DNA from: PVC group bacterium
GTDB lineage: Bacteria; Omnitrophota; Gorgyraeia; B26-G9
DNA: 64,000 nt
NCBI GenBank assembly: GCA_024231215.1
Contig: JAAEQR010000072.1
Span: forward strand, 257,210 to 321,209
Direction of reading: 5' to 3'
Shown here: positions 30,701 through 45,700 of the stretch, piece by piece
Layout of the letters: every line of letters begins with the position of its first letter
How positions within the stretch are numbered: the first letter of the stretch is position 1
The notes under the pieces: generated by a model
Databases searched by the model: none
Told to the model about the DNA's origin: nothing
The model's input: only the letters and a program-made list of their open reading frames with translations
Position numbers and translations under genes: made by a program

Positions 30701-33700
30701 GAGAGGATAACAGCGGATGCGTCTGAACTTGCTAATAGTGAAGATTTGTTAACTAGTTCCTTATTATATACCTTAAAGAATGATACTGAGTTTTATGAAA
30801 CTTTGTTGGGGGCTCAAGAGAATATCGTAGCTGGTTTTAGCCGGTGGGTTTCAGTTATAGAAGCTCGTTACGGGGGATCTATTGATACCGATGAAGTTGA
30901 AAGTAAAATTAAGAAGTTATTTTCTATAGATTTGGGTGTTAATGTTATAGTGAAAAAGACCGGAACCAAAACAGGGGATGATTTAGCGTTAGTTCAGTTA
31001 AAAAGAGCGATTGAACAAAGCCGTCTAACTGTGAAGCAGGCGATGAATAGCTTAACCAAGGCCTATGTGGATATGGTCAATGCCAAGACTAGCTATGACA
31101 AAATAAATGTTTCCCGATTGCAGGAAATAATCAATGCTTCTGATAGTGAACAGACCAGAGAGAAACTTAGCTATCTAATTACTAAGGCAGAAACAGAGTG
31201 GGAATTAAATAAGGCTATATTTATCAGACTTACGGGAATGTCGGAAGTAGAGGTGGATATTATTCTCAATGATTTGCCAAAAGTAGAAACCGAAGCTGAT
31301 GTGCTAAAAGTAGAAGAAGCAATGAAGAAACAAATAGAACTGATGAAAAGCAATTGGCTGCCGTTGATGGAGAATATAGAGATTCGCGCGGAATTAAAGC
31401 AGAAGTCCTGGATAAGAAAGATATTATCACTTGCTCCAATAAAGAAAATAGTTGTAGGCTTTAGTCCTTCAGAGACAGCGTTGCAGCTTGATGATTTTGG
31501 TTTAAGTATGAGTATCCCGATAACTGTGTATGAAGACGGGGCAGAGAAAAAGGCGCGTCAATTGCCGATACCGGTAGAAGAGAAACTTTTAAGGCTGGAA
31601 TATAAAGAATACGTAAGAAAATCACAGTTTATTACGGGAACTATCGGCGATAAAATAAAGCTGGTGGATAATACTTTAAATGGATTGCGGGAGCGCGAGC
31701 CATTATTGATAGATCAATTGGGAGAGTCTGTAGAGGCTTATAATCATAAGATTGATGCTTCAGAGGCAGCTATCTGGAATAATTTGGATGAATCAATAAT
31801 CGCATTTTTAGGTAATGTAGATCTTGTCTTTACTAATATCAGGTATCAGACAGAGCTGGAAAATGAACAGAAATATCATGAATCTCTAGTTGTAAAAACA
31901 ACTTCTACAGAAATAAAGGATGAGGCTGTTTCGACCGGTATAAAAGAAACAGAGTTGAATAAAATATACAGAAGATATATTGCTCCGGCTGATCTTGAAT
32001 TGACAAAGGCTAAAGATAAACTGGAAATGGTTCAGGAAATTCAGCGCAGCGGCTCAGGCTGGTTTAGTAAGCTTGAAATTGATGTTGGCCCGAGAATAAG
32101 TGCGGGTAAAAGTATTTGGCCGCTTAAAACACATATTGTGATTGATCGGGCCCATAAACAAAGAGCTGAAAAACGCACCTGGGAAACTCTAAGTGAGGAA
32201 GAAAAAACAGCTTTAGTCGATGGCGAATTAAAGGCAAGGTTCTTAATTGCTTATTTGGATTATACTGATGCGTTAAAGACAGTAAATGCTTTGACTGATC
32301 TGGAAACTGATGTTCTGCCTTCTGGAATACAGGCTAATTATCGGGCATATGACGATTTTATTGAGAAAAAAGGAACGCTTAATTATTTCTTAGGACAACC
32401 GTACGATGCGGAAATCACTTTAGATATTCCTACATCTGAAGTGCAGGCAGAACTCGAAGACTTTTTTGGGCCGGATTTTGATAAAGATAAGTTAGAGGAA
32501 GATCTGGCTAAAGTGAAAATACTTATTCTCAATAGCGAATTGAAAATCATGCAGGCGGGTGGAAAGATGCGCTTGGATATTCCTCTATCAGAAATCGTTG
32601 CTTCTATTTCATCTTCTAATCCTGCTCCGATAACCTGGTGGCTGGGGATGAAGACTTTTAACTGGGCAACTGATATTTTCAGTAAGAGTAAAAAGATGAC
32701 TGAAGTTATGCAGAGAAGACTGGTCGAGGATGAGCTGAAAAAGGCAAAAGCAGAGTTAAAATTGACAGTATATGCCGGAGAAACAGCCAAGGCCAAGGCG
32801 CTGTCTGATGCCAGATATGCTAAGAGTGTTTATGAGAAAGTCAGGGCGAGGATTGGAACTCATGTTCATGCAGTGACGGATATTGCAGACAGACCACATA
32901 AGACACGTGGTTCTCCCCAGGATAGGAGTATTGCCAGTCTTATTGCTAGTGCAGTAGAACATCATCCGGAAGTTATTACGGCAGTGCATAACTTAGAAGC
33001 GGCAAAAGATGGCGTGTTTTCCACAGTGCCTTCTATGAAACAGTTGAGGTTCCAAGATACTGGTATGCGTATGGATTCTAATCTGTATAGCGGAGTTATG
33101 GAGTTTCTACCACAGGAACAAGACACCTATTATAATGACCAGCAGAGAATTCAACTTGAGATTAAAGCCGCGGAGAGTATTTTCTATGCGGCAGTTGATA
33201 AGGCACGCGCGGAAGTAACTAGTTTTATTTATCAATTAGCTTTGATTAATGACGTAAGCGATGCTTTAGGTATAAAAGAATCAGAATCTATTCTTGCTGC
33301 ACAAAAATCATCGGTAGAAAGACAGCTTAAGGAGATGGCTAATATCGATCCGGAAGCAAAATTAGTCATTACTGATATAGATGAAATTTCTTTGCAGGCA
33401 TTTGATTATAGCGGTACAGATATCGATAAATTGTCTTTTTCGATAAATGGTATCCCGGAGATAGAGGCGGTAGACGCCAGGATTAATCAACAGGTAATTG
33501 TGGTTAATAATGTGTTGAGAAGTTTAGGGCATTTGACTCCGACAGCGGCTATGGCTCATGTTTCCGATGAAGAAGTAAATGACTTTGCCGCACAGAAATA
33601 TTTCGCAATACCTAATGCTGCGGAAATTGCGCAGAGGATTAGTGGTCCGATTTATAATATGTTGCAAGAAGGGCTCAAACGTGACAAGCTAACAAATAAT

Positions 33701-36700
33701 CTATCTAGGGAGATCGAGACATCTTTGCAGGATTTGACAGCTGTGATGAAAAGATATAAGCAAAGTAAACAAACAATGCTGTCTTTCTATCGCGAATATA
33801 TGGCCAGCGTGCGGCAATTAAAAGAAAAGAAAATATCTGAACCGGAGATGTTGGCGGCACTGGAGCAGTTTAAGAATTACCTTAATGTATATTTGGATAA
33901 TGTAAAAACCTACCAGAATAGATTTCATTATTTAAACGCTTTGTTAAGCACAGCTGGTATTGACACTGATTCCTTAGAGGCAGACACTGAAACTTGGGCT
34001 ATGGGAGTGCAACCGCGGTTTTTAACTTCTATAGAAAATATAGGAGTTGATGAGTCTGATCAGAACCGTTTGCCGGCTGAGGGGGATGTGCAGACCCAGT
34101 TAGGAGCTATCCGGAGTAAGGTTACGGATAAGTGGAACAATATAGAGTTAAAGGTATATGGAGATAGAAAAGTTACCGTTCAGAATATAAGCCGGAAATA
34201 TCAGCAGATATTCCAGGCTTATCCTCAAATCGTCAATGCAGTAATGACTAAGGGTGATTATATGGCGATTACCGAAGATTTTGTTGGGAATCAATTAATT
34301 CCTTTCTATAAAGAAGTGCTTGAGCTTGTTTATGATGAAGAAGGTACCCCTTATGAAGTACGTGAGGAAATCTTGGAGCTTGTTGGCAGAGAAGAAGTAA
34401 TTAAATTTAAAGTACTTCTTAGAGATAACCCGCCTGAGATTGCCAAAGCGGTTTTGGTCGAAGATACAATCAAGGAAGTGTTTAATAGATATCTAGTAAT
34501 TATAAATGCCTTAGCAAAAGATAAGGCGTTATCTTTTGGACAGAAAGCTGAATTGCAGGATGAGATTGCCGCGCTTAGACAGAGACAGATGGTAAGTCCG
34601 GTTTATGAAAAATACGAAATTAATAAACAGCAGATAGTAGAACAAATTTCAGCGGAATCTCAGAAATGGAAAGCAGGAGAATATAAACCTGAGGTATCCA
34701 AAGAACGGGAATTATCAGATGAAGAAATTATGCCTAAAGAGTCGATGGATTTGCAGACTTTATTTGAAAATACTATCCAGAAGATACAGTCTGGATTGAG
34801 ACATCATGCGTTGAATAATAGGTTAATGAGAGAAAAAACTGACGTAGCAATTGTGGATTGGGAAAAAGGCAAGCGATACAGTGTATTAAAAGGTTCCCAG
34901 GATCATCCGGAGCTTTTGTTTGATTCAGTAGAGAAATATGAAGAATATCTTGATCGTCAAGGTTTGCGTATGGAATTCTATACGGAGATTTCAAAATATC
35001 AAACAGCTGATCCTGAAGGACGAGGCAGGAAACTTTCGGAATGGGAATTAAGAGGCTTGGAAAAAGAAGGCATTTCTTATCAGGTATTTATTGTAGATCA
35101 AGAGGGAGAAGTTTTTGGTCGAGCTGTATTTAGCCGTGACTTATTAAAGAAGAAACAGGATAAAAAACTGGCTTATATCAATGCCCAGAAAGAACAGGCA
35201 GATCAGATGCGCAATGCCGAATATGCGGTCCAAATGCAGGCGCATCCGGATTATCCGGGGATGTGGAATCAGACGGTTAAAGCTTGGAAAGCAAGTGAAA
35301 TCGTGCCCTTGATTAATCTCGAGACAAAATTGCCGCAGCTTAATAATCGAGGATTTGCGATTTTATATCTTCAACCGATAAATGAAGATGGGACTTATCA
35401 GAAAGATGCGCAGACAGGTAAGCAGATAAGGCTGGAGCTCGGGGCATATCGTTATATCCAGGGCAAGCTTATTGAGGTTAGTCCGGCTGAAGAAGATGTG
35501 ATATTTATTGTTAAATCAACGATCAAAGATAATAATCCGGAAACCGGCGATAAGGTTCTTTTCGGGATCAAGTCGATAGAGAGAGAAATCGCTATGACAA
35601 CTTATGGCGAATATCTCGCAGTTTTGAATGTTCGTAATTTAGCTAATTCTATTAAAGCAGGACAAGTGTGGAAAAACTTTGAGACTTTAATGCCGATATT
35701 TGGTGCAACCACTAATAGTTATCAGGCAGTAGGTCAGGCCAGGGTAGGTTTTAATCTCTGGATGGCTTTGAGCGGACTGGGTTTGCCGGAAACACCGAAT
35801 ATAGATGATGTAGCAGACTTTTTTAAACAGAAATGGGGAACAGGAAAATACCAGGGGGAATATGATGAGGCTTATGAATTGGAGTACCAGCAGTTTTTGA
35901 AATTTATAACTAAATCTCCGGATTATAAAGATCCTGGATATAAAGAAAAAGTTTATGACTATTTAAATAAAGAACAACAGTTAAATACCAAACATAATAT
36001 TGCTTATGGAAAATGGGTGCTATTTACAGCGGATGCTTTAGCTGAGAGTACGGGGAAAACCAGAGATGATGATGGGTTGTTAAGAGGAATGTTTGCTTAC
36101 TTCCGGGGAACAGAGCTGAATGTTAATACTCTGGTTGGAGATGTTTTTAATATTAAAGATGCAGAAGGTAAAAAATATTATGGAAAAGGGATTACTAAAA
36201 ATACAGAAGGCTGGGGGCGCTTGTTTACAGGGCATGGGTTGACATTTGATACGGCGCCTTTAATTGATGTGGCTTTTACGGATAAGACGATTGGTGATTT
36301 AGGTATAGAAGATTTACTTAAGAATTATGTTTTTGGATATCCTGAATTTGGAAGTGAAGAAGATCAGCGTGAATATCTTGATCGATTAATGAATTCTTAT
36401 AACTTTGATATGAAACTGAAGAAAACAGCTAATCCTTTTGGTCGGGTATCTCAAGATAAGGATGCGTCGAAGAAAGCAAATTTACAAAAGATTGCGGACC
36501 TGAAGCTGGATCAATTTCATATGTCGATATATATTAGCCGCACTCCGGTATTAAATTCTAAAACAGGTGAAATAGAAGTAGAAGAAAGTATTGTGATTCC
36601 GGGATTGCTTGGATTTGAAGCGCGCCAGAAAGAATTGGTTCGTAACTTAGAAAATGCCAGATTATATGAAGAAGGTATTAGAAGTAAAGGATTAGTTATA

Positions 36701-39700
36701 GAAAAGAGTTCAGGCAGTAGTGCTCCGATATTGATACAACAAATTGTAAAAAGAGATGAACAGGATCAGATATCTCGACAGGATACATATGATTTTCTTT
36801 CCAGCAGGATGAACAGTCAGAGCGGCACAATTACGGAATATCATCAGTTTGCTACAGGCAAAGGTCCATCTGTGCAGAGTGGAAGGGGAACTTTGTATGG
36901 TAACGCATTGGTTGGAGGAGTTTTGGATTTAGCCGGGGCAAGACGAGAACGTCAGGTGATTACCGATTATTTTACAGATACTCAGAGTCTGCATGTTTAT
37001 CGTCAGGATTCTAATGCAAAAGGCAAGACCAAAAGTGTATTTGTAGGTTTAGCGGATATGTTTAATCCGGATTCGTATACCGGAGAGAAAGTAGAAGAAT
37101 ATGCAACTACAGGTCCAATTTTACATGATACTTTGCGTAAATTGCGTGAATTTAAGAAAACCGATGATGAGAAATATTTGAATTCAGCATTAATAAACTA
37201 TGGTGCAGTTAAGGAACGTCAGGATACGAACGGTGGTGTAGTAAAGGGAGTTGAACGCGATGACTTAAGAGATGCCGAAGAAAGACATCATTTAATTCAA
37301 TCTGGTGAAGAAAATATTACTTTCCTTAGGGTCTTAAGAGAAACTCGAGACATACTTAAAAACAAACTTAAAGATCGGACGCTAAAAGATAAGAAAATGT
37401 ATGAACGACTCCTGAGAGATGTTGAAAGCAGATTAGAACAGGGATTGAGCTTTATTTATACGCAGCTCTATAATAAAGAAACGAATGAGTTTAGTCGTGG
37501 GTTACAGTTTGTTGATGGAAAATGGCAGAGAGACAATGTGCTTGCCATTGATGTTTTGAACCTTTTGATCTTAGAGGATGGAGCGGATAATGTTGCTTAT
37601 AATATAGGAAGACAGATATTGGGGGCCAAGGCTTCAAATGAAGAAGTAATGCAGACTGGTATGATGCATCTTTTGGAAATGTGGGATAAGAAAGAACGTC
37701 CTGTGGAAAGGGGCGGTACTTTAGTAACTGATACGGTAACATTAGCTGATGGCAGAAAAGTGACTGTAACCCTACACGATGTAACAGACCAGGCTAGCCG
37801 CGGAGACCGCAAAGCTGCTGTATTTGTGGAGCAGGCACTTATTGATGCCTCGGCACATTTACAGATGGCTAATGATTTAAGGGCAATTGCGCAGGATTCT
37901 ACTGATTCGCGTTTTCGTGAAGAAATGCTTAAACGCGCGGAAGCGGAAATGGAGGCTTACAAACAGCATATTGCTGATTGTGATAAATTAGCGGTTCGCG
38001 TTAAAGATCGCGGCGTGGGATATCCCTATGCCACACGTAGCGGCATAAAACCATTTGCTGATTCAGTCTGGGTTGTTCCTGAGCATTTTGCTAATACATC
38101 AGCTACAGCCTGGGCATTTTTCGCGAAATCCGGTTATAATTTGTTTACTCATGAAATACTCGATGGAGCATTGGAAACTCGGTATGTAGACACAAATAAC
38201 ATTTCACCAATAATGCATAAGATTAGTAATGCTTATAACGGTAGTTATGATAAAAAGCTTATGCCAGGTAAAGATGATATTACTGGTAAAAATAATATCG
38301 AATTAGCGGTAAAGAAATTAGAAGAACTTATGCGTAAGCAAGCAAGTGGAAAGGTGCCTAGTATTCATGATGATTATCTTGTGGCTTTTGATGCAAAAGC
38401 AGGTATTTACTGGTACTGGCAGGTAACGAGTAGTCCAAAAGGTATTCCGGTTCGAAGACTGGTGGAAGTTACAATGATTGCAGATGAGGCTAGTCTTAAA
38501 CATGATTTAGAAAATTTAAGTTTAAGTTATGAATATGCCCAGTTAATCAATAAAGCCCAGGCGGAAAATAAGTTTGCACTGGAACTGACTACAGATGATG
38601 GTAAGCCGTTCCGCTTGCCAGATGGTCGGCCGGCAGTATTACTTAATCCTGAGCTCTTTTTCAAGAAGCTTGATCAGGTTGATAGGATGCCGGATAGACA
38701 GCAGAAGCAGATTGAACGCCGTGGTTGGATTTTAGCTGGGGAATTAGGTGAAGCCTTAGGTACAGACGATGATACTCCAATAAGAATGCGTTCGATATTC
38801 CCCTTAGGCGATTGGCAGAGAACAAGAATTAACCCTAAAACCGGGGTAGAGGAAACAGTATTTAATACTAAGGGCAAAGGATTGACAAAGGTTGTGAATG
38901 ATGTATTTACAACTACTATTCGATATAACGAGATTGGTAATATTTTAGGTAGTGTAAGTGTTCATAATACTACAGGAGAAACATTAAGGGAATCTATTGC
39001 AGTTGGACAGAATGTTGAAAAAGAAAAAATTGCTTTTGAAGTTTCTATACCTGTGCTGGGTCAGTCGAGCAGAGAGATTTTTGGGCCTGATTCAAGTGAT
39101 CCGATTTGGGAAATTACGGATACGGGAATTAAACTTAATGCCTTGGGTGATTTTGGAATAAAAAGTGCGGATATATGGCATCAGGAAGGTACTTTGGATA
39201 ATCCAACCCGCGGCATCTTAGGCTGGCACGAAGCAACTGTAAATAGAGATTTGCAAAATCATGAACTTACTGTACACAGGACTAATCTTTTAAATGATAA
39301 AGAAAAAGATACAACGTTTGATCTGACTTATTTAGGCCGAGAAAAGAAAGTAGCCAGCATTGGGGAAAACAGGGTTAATAGTAAATATTATGAAGATACT
39401 TACTATGCTGGTTTAATTCCCCAGATGGTTGAAGTGGATGGGTTGAAAACCGGCAATCGCTTAGGGTATGTCGAGATTGAGAATTATGATCGGCGGACGC
39501 GAAATACAACAGGTAGATATTTTGATGTTATAAAAATTAATGGATTTAATACTGAGAAAACAGCATTTGAAGATGTGAAAAACGGGCCGTTTACACGGAT
39601 GATCTGGTCGCATCGTTTTGAAGCACCGATTAAAATTCAAACTTCGCAGCGTGTTACTGATCTTAAGCATAATAAATATGAGACAGAATATTTGGCAGCA

Positions 39701-42700
39701 AAGCGGTGTGGAAAAACCGGAGAAATTGTGGAGATTTCTAAAGGTGAATATAACAAGCAGAGACAGCAATGGGGGGATCAGACCCAGGTATATCATCGAT
39801 TTGTTGCCGAAGGAGATTCTAATAATATTATTGAACGCAAACAGACAAAAATTAGTGGTATTTATGGATATACAATGGATACGTTTGTGGATGATCTGTT
39901 AGAAGGGAGTCCTTCCAGTATACGCTATATCCCAGCATATAATGATGATTCTTATGAGATTGGCTTAAATGCCTATCTTAAAGATGATACAGGTAAACAT
40001 GGTATTAAGTTCCATGATTATACTGATTATATTTGGAATAATAATTTCTTGGCTCGGACCGTAGATTCAGGGACATCTTTTGTTCATACTGCGGTAATGG
40101 ATGGGGAAGGTCGTAACGTTAGAGAAATTAGAGGGAATTATAAGGTTAAGGTTGTGAATAAAACAGGGTTTGAAGCGGGAACTAATCGACCGCTTAAATC
40201 TGCAATGTTTGTGAATGAGAAAGAATGGATGAGTTTTGAATATGGCAAGACTGATCCAAAAACTAAAGTGCAGAGAGTAACAGTTGTTCCAGTTGATTGG
40301 GGATTGGTACATACAGAGGATTATCGTATTGGCGATATTTTTGCCCGGCCGTTTAATATTAAATATGAAGATGGTTCTGAAGTGTTTGTGGATAAATGGG
40401 TGGAGTATCGTAATATTCCGTTGCTTGCTCATACGGTTAATCGTTATGGACGTACAGTTCAGAGATCTGAATTAGATTCATTCCCTGTAGAAGAAGGGTT
40501 AAATCTTAGCAAAAATAGCATATATGAAGTTTCTTTATTTGACAAAGAAACTGTCCAGAGTGCTAAGGCTTTTATTATGGGGACTCCGGTACCGTATTAT
40601 CTCCTTGATGATTTTGATAAAACATATATGGATATGCGTAAATCTTATGAATCGCCATATTATACAATTGATACGCGTGGTGATTTTGGTAGGACGATGA
40701 TGTTAGATAACCAAGATTTGATAGAGAATGTTGTAAGTATATATAAAAGTGAATTGGATTTATATAAAGGAGAGAATAGTAGTGATCTTGTTAATGGGGA
40801 AGATGTTTTGCAGGTGCTCAAGGTTGATTTTGACGGCAAAAAGAGAGATAAAGCAACCCAGACAATCTATGACCGGCTGGCGAATCCGTTAGAGGAGAAA
40901 ACCGGACATTTTGTGGTTAAGAAAACAGCCCGGGTATATAATGCAGAGAATATTTTAAATGATGAAATTGATGAGACAGCTTTTTCACAACGGGCGGTAA
41001 TAGCTTATAATCAGGGATTATTACAAAAAGATGTGGAAGGTGATTATAATATATACAGGTTTGTTCCGGTTAGAACAGATGTTAAATTTAAAAAAGCTGT
41101 GGATTATAAAGTGAATTATGATCAGAAGTATCGGGATGTTATTACCGGTCGTATGGTATATCGTAGTATTCGTTCTTCAGATTTGTCCTTTACTCCGAGA
41201 AGTTTGGAGGGTGGGGATAGCGGGGATCCTTTTATTGCTTGGTTGCCTGAGTTTACTACCGAAAACTATATTTATCACAGTAGCAATCCGTGGATGCGGA
41301 ATATCCATAATCCGTATTGGGTTTCTCAGGATGTAGTTTCTTATCGGATAAACTATGGGGTAGAATTTGATGGAAATGGAGTTGTTCTTAATATTGCTAA
41401 ATCGTCATCTGATTTTTTACCGATTACGGTTAAAGGTCGGCAAATGTTTATAGGAGACATTCCTTGGCAGATGAGAGGTGTAACTTTCTTTAGTACAGTT
41501 AAAGGGAAGCAACTGGATACAGAGGAATATCTTACGAAGGCTGATATCTGGATAGAAGATATAGAGAAGATGGCGTTGGCTGGTATAAATACAGTAAGAA
41601 CTTCAAAGCCTGTGAGTGGAAATATTCTTAATGCTTTTTCTGTATATGGGATTAAAGTTATTGTTGGATTAAGAGAAGCTGAATACGAAGAGTATGTAGA
41701 GGAATTTAAAGGACATGCGTCGATATTAACATGGGATATTATAGATGAGGAAGATTATCCTGAGGATAGTGATCAGAGATATCGGAAGTTACAGCAAATA
41801 GCTGAGCATATACATGAGTTGGATCCGGACCACCCGGTAAGTACAGTACATGATGGTTTGTTAGAGAAAAAAGATTTGGATATAGCCTCGGCTATTGATA
41901 TCTGGGGAATCAATACCTCTCTATGGGATAATGGTGGACAGATTTTCTCAGAATGGGAAAGAATGTCTGATAAACCAATGTACTTATCTAGAATAAGAAT
42001 GGATTCATTAGATAATAGGAGACTTAAACCCGACCAAGGAGGACAGGCGGTTGCGGTATATAATCTTTGGAAACGTATAGATGAGAATAGCAGTATATAT
42101 TCCGCAGATAACGTGTGTTTAGGGGTAACATATCATTCTTGGGTGGATGAATTATGGCGTACAGGAGCCCCTGATCAACAGAATATTGGGGGAGAAGTGG
42201 ATAATGTTCCGTATGATGGGTTTACTAATATCGAATATACAGGTTGGAATAAATCCGATGGGACAACAAAAGATGTGTATAAACTTATGCAGATGGTTTG
42301 GACACATATTCCCATGGGGACTGCTTTAGCGGATAAGTCTATCCCAGGAGTAAAGATCAATACTAAACCAACAAGAGAAACTGTATATAAAGATAAAATA
42401 TGGTATGACCATAAAGGAAATAATAGTCTTGAAATTGTAGACGGTCTTTCTCCTCAAGGTTCTCCTATGGCGAGATATTCTTATACTTTGCCTCAGTCTT
42501 TACCGTCTTTGGAAAATAGTGTTACTTTTGTTCCGGTTGAAGAAGATAGGGAATTTACAGCTGTAAATTTAGCCATTAGTCCGGATTATTTGCAAGGAAA
42601 TGATTTCCTCTATTTTTACACCAAAGACATAGAAAATCCGTCTGCAGAAGTTGTTTTTATAGATGCTTTTGGGAAACAGCAAGTAACTGTTTCTGAAAAT

Positions 42701-45700
42701 GAAAAACACATGAAATTATGGGTTCCAATCTCACAAAATCAGGTGTTTGTGCCGGGTATGGATAAAATGAAAGAAGTTGTTTCTGTAGATTCTTCACGCT
42801 GGGATATTAAAAATAAACGACTTTGGGTAGTATCATTGGCACGATTAAAAGAAGTCTCTGAACTTAATGATGTACATAAACTCCAGGTAAGAATTGATGG
42901 AAAAACAAATAAAGATTCTCGCATTTCTACAATTGGAGTGTTGGGTAATAGTGAAAGAGACATGGATAAAGTGGAGACAACTGAAGTAACCAGGCTTAGC
43001 TGGGGGGATGGATCAACCATGATTGCTGCATTAAAAGATACCGAGGGCAGACCGCGGAGTATAGTGCAGTTATTAGGTAGAAAACATGAATATGAGACTT
43101 TGGCAACTTCTGCGAAGAAATGGAATGCTTTGTCCTTATTTACAAATAAAATGCAGGATCCGGAAGTCACAATATTCAGTGATCCTCAGAAGAAGGATTT
43201 TTCTGTTTCTCTTTGGAGTCCATCTGGTTATAAGTTATCAGGTATTCTTTTAAGTTTAAAAGATAAAAATAACGGTTCAATTGTAATTAAACTGGCGGCT
43301 CGTAACGCGTTTGAAACCCAGATGGTTATGGATTTTGAGCTTGGGTATGTACAGGGAGATATTCCGGCAAATATAGCGTATGGAACAGATGATTTCGTAG
43401 TTTTCCCAATTGGTAAGAATCCTGTGATTGCTAATATGAATTCTAATATTTTTAATAAAATTAATGACTTTTTACAGCAAAGGGTGGATCCGACTTTTAA
43501 ATTAACAGAAGAACAGAAAGAATTAATTTGGCATTATTCGCAAGCTGAAAATATGGTTAAGATTGTTGAACAGTTTCCGCTTGCGGATGAAGCTGTTTCC
43601 GGCAATGTTCCTTTTTATGCATATCCGGAATTTGAGAATGAGATTAAATCTAGAGTGCAACCAGAAAAGGCTTCAGATATAATTAACAGTGAGAGTATTA
43701 AAAATATTTTGTTACGATATGTTTCAGATCTTGAGGAAAGACTACAAGCAGGGCAGACTCCGTTGGTGCCGATTAATATTGGGACCTATTCAAAAGATAA
43801 TATAAACACCGAAGATTATGTTTCTACGGTCGATGAATTGGAATCTATAGTGCCGATGCTTGTGGACTTGGGGATGATTAAAGAAGCTGAAATGATCGTA
43901 AGGTTTTATATTGAAGAAGCGACTCAAAAAGGATTATATCCAGTATCTGATTATTACAATAGACAGACAGGAGAAAAAGAATATTTTGACGCATATTCTG
44001 CTAATGTGCTTCCTTCTTCGGTGACAGCCAAATCACAGATTGCTTTGGTCAATTCCTGTTTAATGATGATGCAGGTGACGGGCGATGCTTATTATTATAA
44101 GGCTGCGGAAAATACATTTGATCGTTTATTAGAGTTTAATCCGCAGATAAAAAATGCTATGCATAAGAAGGATGATGTTTCACTTTGGGAAAAAATCACA
44201 CAGTCTCAATTGGTGGAATTGTCTTTAGACTATCTCAACCGCAATGTAACTGTGGGTGGATTAACTGATCTAGAACCGAATTTAGATATGGATTATATTG
44301 GCACAAGGAAAAAACTTCCGGTACAGCCAGATTATTATCCGACCCAGACTAATAATAAAGCGTATCTTTTGCTATCTAAAATAAAAGATATGGCCGAAGA
44401 ACTACCAGATATGGGTGATTCGTTTTTACAAAAAGCTGTCTGGTTTGAATCATTACAAATAACATGGCTGAAAGATAATTTATTTAATCGTTTAGAAGAT
44501 AGTTCTCAAAAAGGCCTGATTCCAGATGGGATTTTTGACCTCTATAGTTCGCAGGGAGTTGAAGGGGCGGATGAAAATTATATTAAAACGCTGTGTCCTA
44601 ATCCGGTAGCTAATTTTGCTTCTTCAAAATCAACTTTAGAAGCAGCGTTGCAGGCTGGATACATTACTTCTGAGGAATTCAAAGTTATAGTAGATAATCT
44701 AGCTAAATATTTTCATAAAGAATTAGAGCTAGACGGCAAAAAGGTTAATGGTCTTGATTCTATAACACGTTTTATAGATAGGCCGGATTTAATCTTCCTG
44801 GATAATATGGTTGATTTACTAAATCTTGTTTCTAAAACTGGGGATAAAGAGGTCTGGGATCGAATTAGCCAGACTATAGATACATATCCTCTTAAAGATA
44901 AAATGTTGCCGACGGTTATTGCTGAGACTGACTTTTCTAAAGGTAGTGTTGATTCAGGCATTGGTTTTGATTCTGGATATGGGATATCCGGTAGACAATT
45001 CCGGGTTTTACCTTCGGCAGAAGATGATAGAAGCCCGCCTTCTTTGAAAGCTAGTATTGGTTATAGCTTTGCCAGATTACGGGATGGATACTCGCCTTAT
45101 TCTTCTAAGCTTGAAAAAGAAGAGAGGTTTGAATCTGAACGTAAAAAAGCGATAGAATATATCATTTCCGGTAGGGGAAATGAGGGGGATTTCAAACTTT
45201 TACTTAGTCCGAAAAAGCGCTATGGAGGATTATTTGGTATTGGCAGTACGCTTGCAGCTACGCTTATTGTTAAACTGGTGCTGACAATTATTGCTACTGT
45301 GATGTCGAGAAAACAGAGGCGAATAAACAGATTAATGAAAGACAGTAAATATAAAGGCAGTACTCCTGTGTATAAGCGGAAGTTGATCTATACAATGTTA
45401 GAACGGTATCGTAAACAGGTACTTAAGGTAGTAGAAGGAGCTCATTTTAAAGGGGTTAGCGTGGGAAAAGATAAAATTCTGAGTGCTACAGAGATAAGTA
45501 CATCTTTTAAGGCTACAGATGCTCATATTGAGGGAGCTTTTTCCAACTATCTATTTGTATTGAGAACGCTTGCAATGGAATGGGTAAGAAGAAAAAAAGA
45601 TTTAGGAGAAGAAGATGATGCTTTGCTAGTATCAGACCCATTTTTAGATAGTGTGGATGAATTAACTCTAATGCTGGGATTATTTATAAGGCAAGAGATT

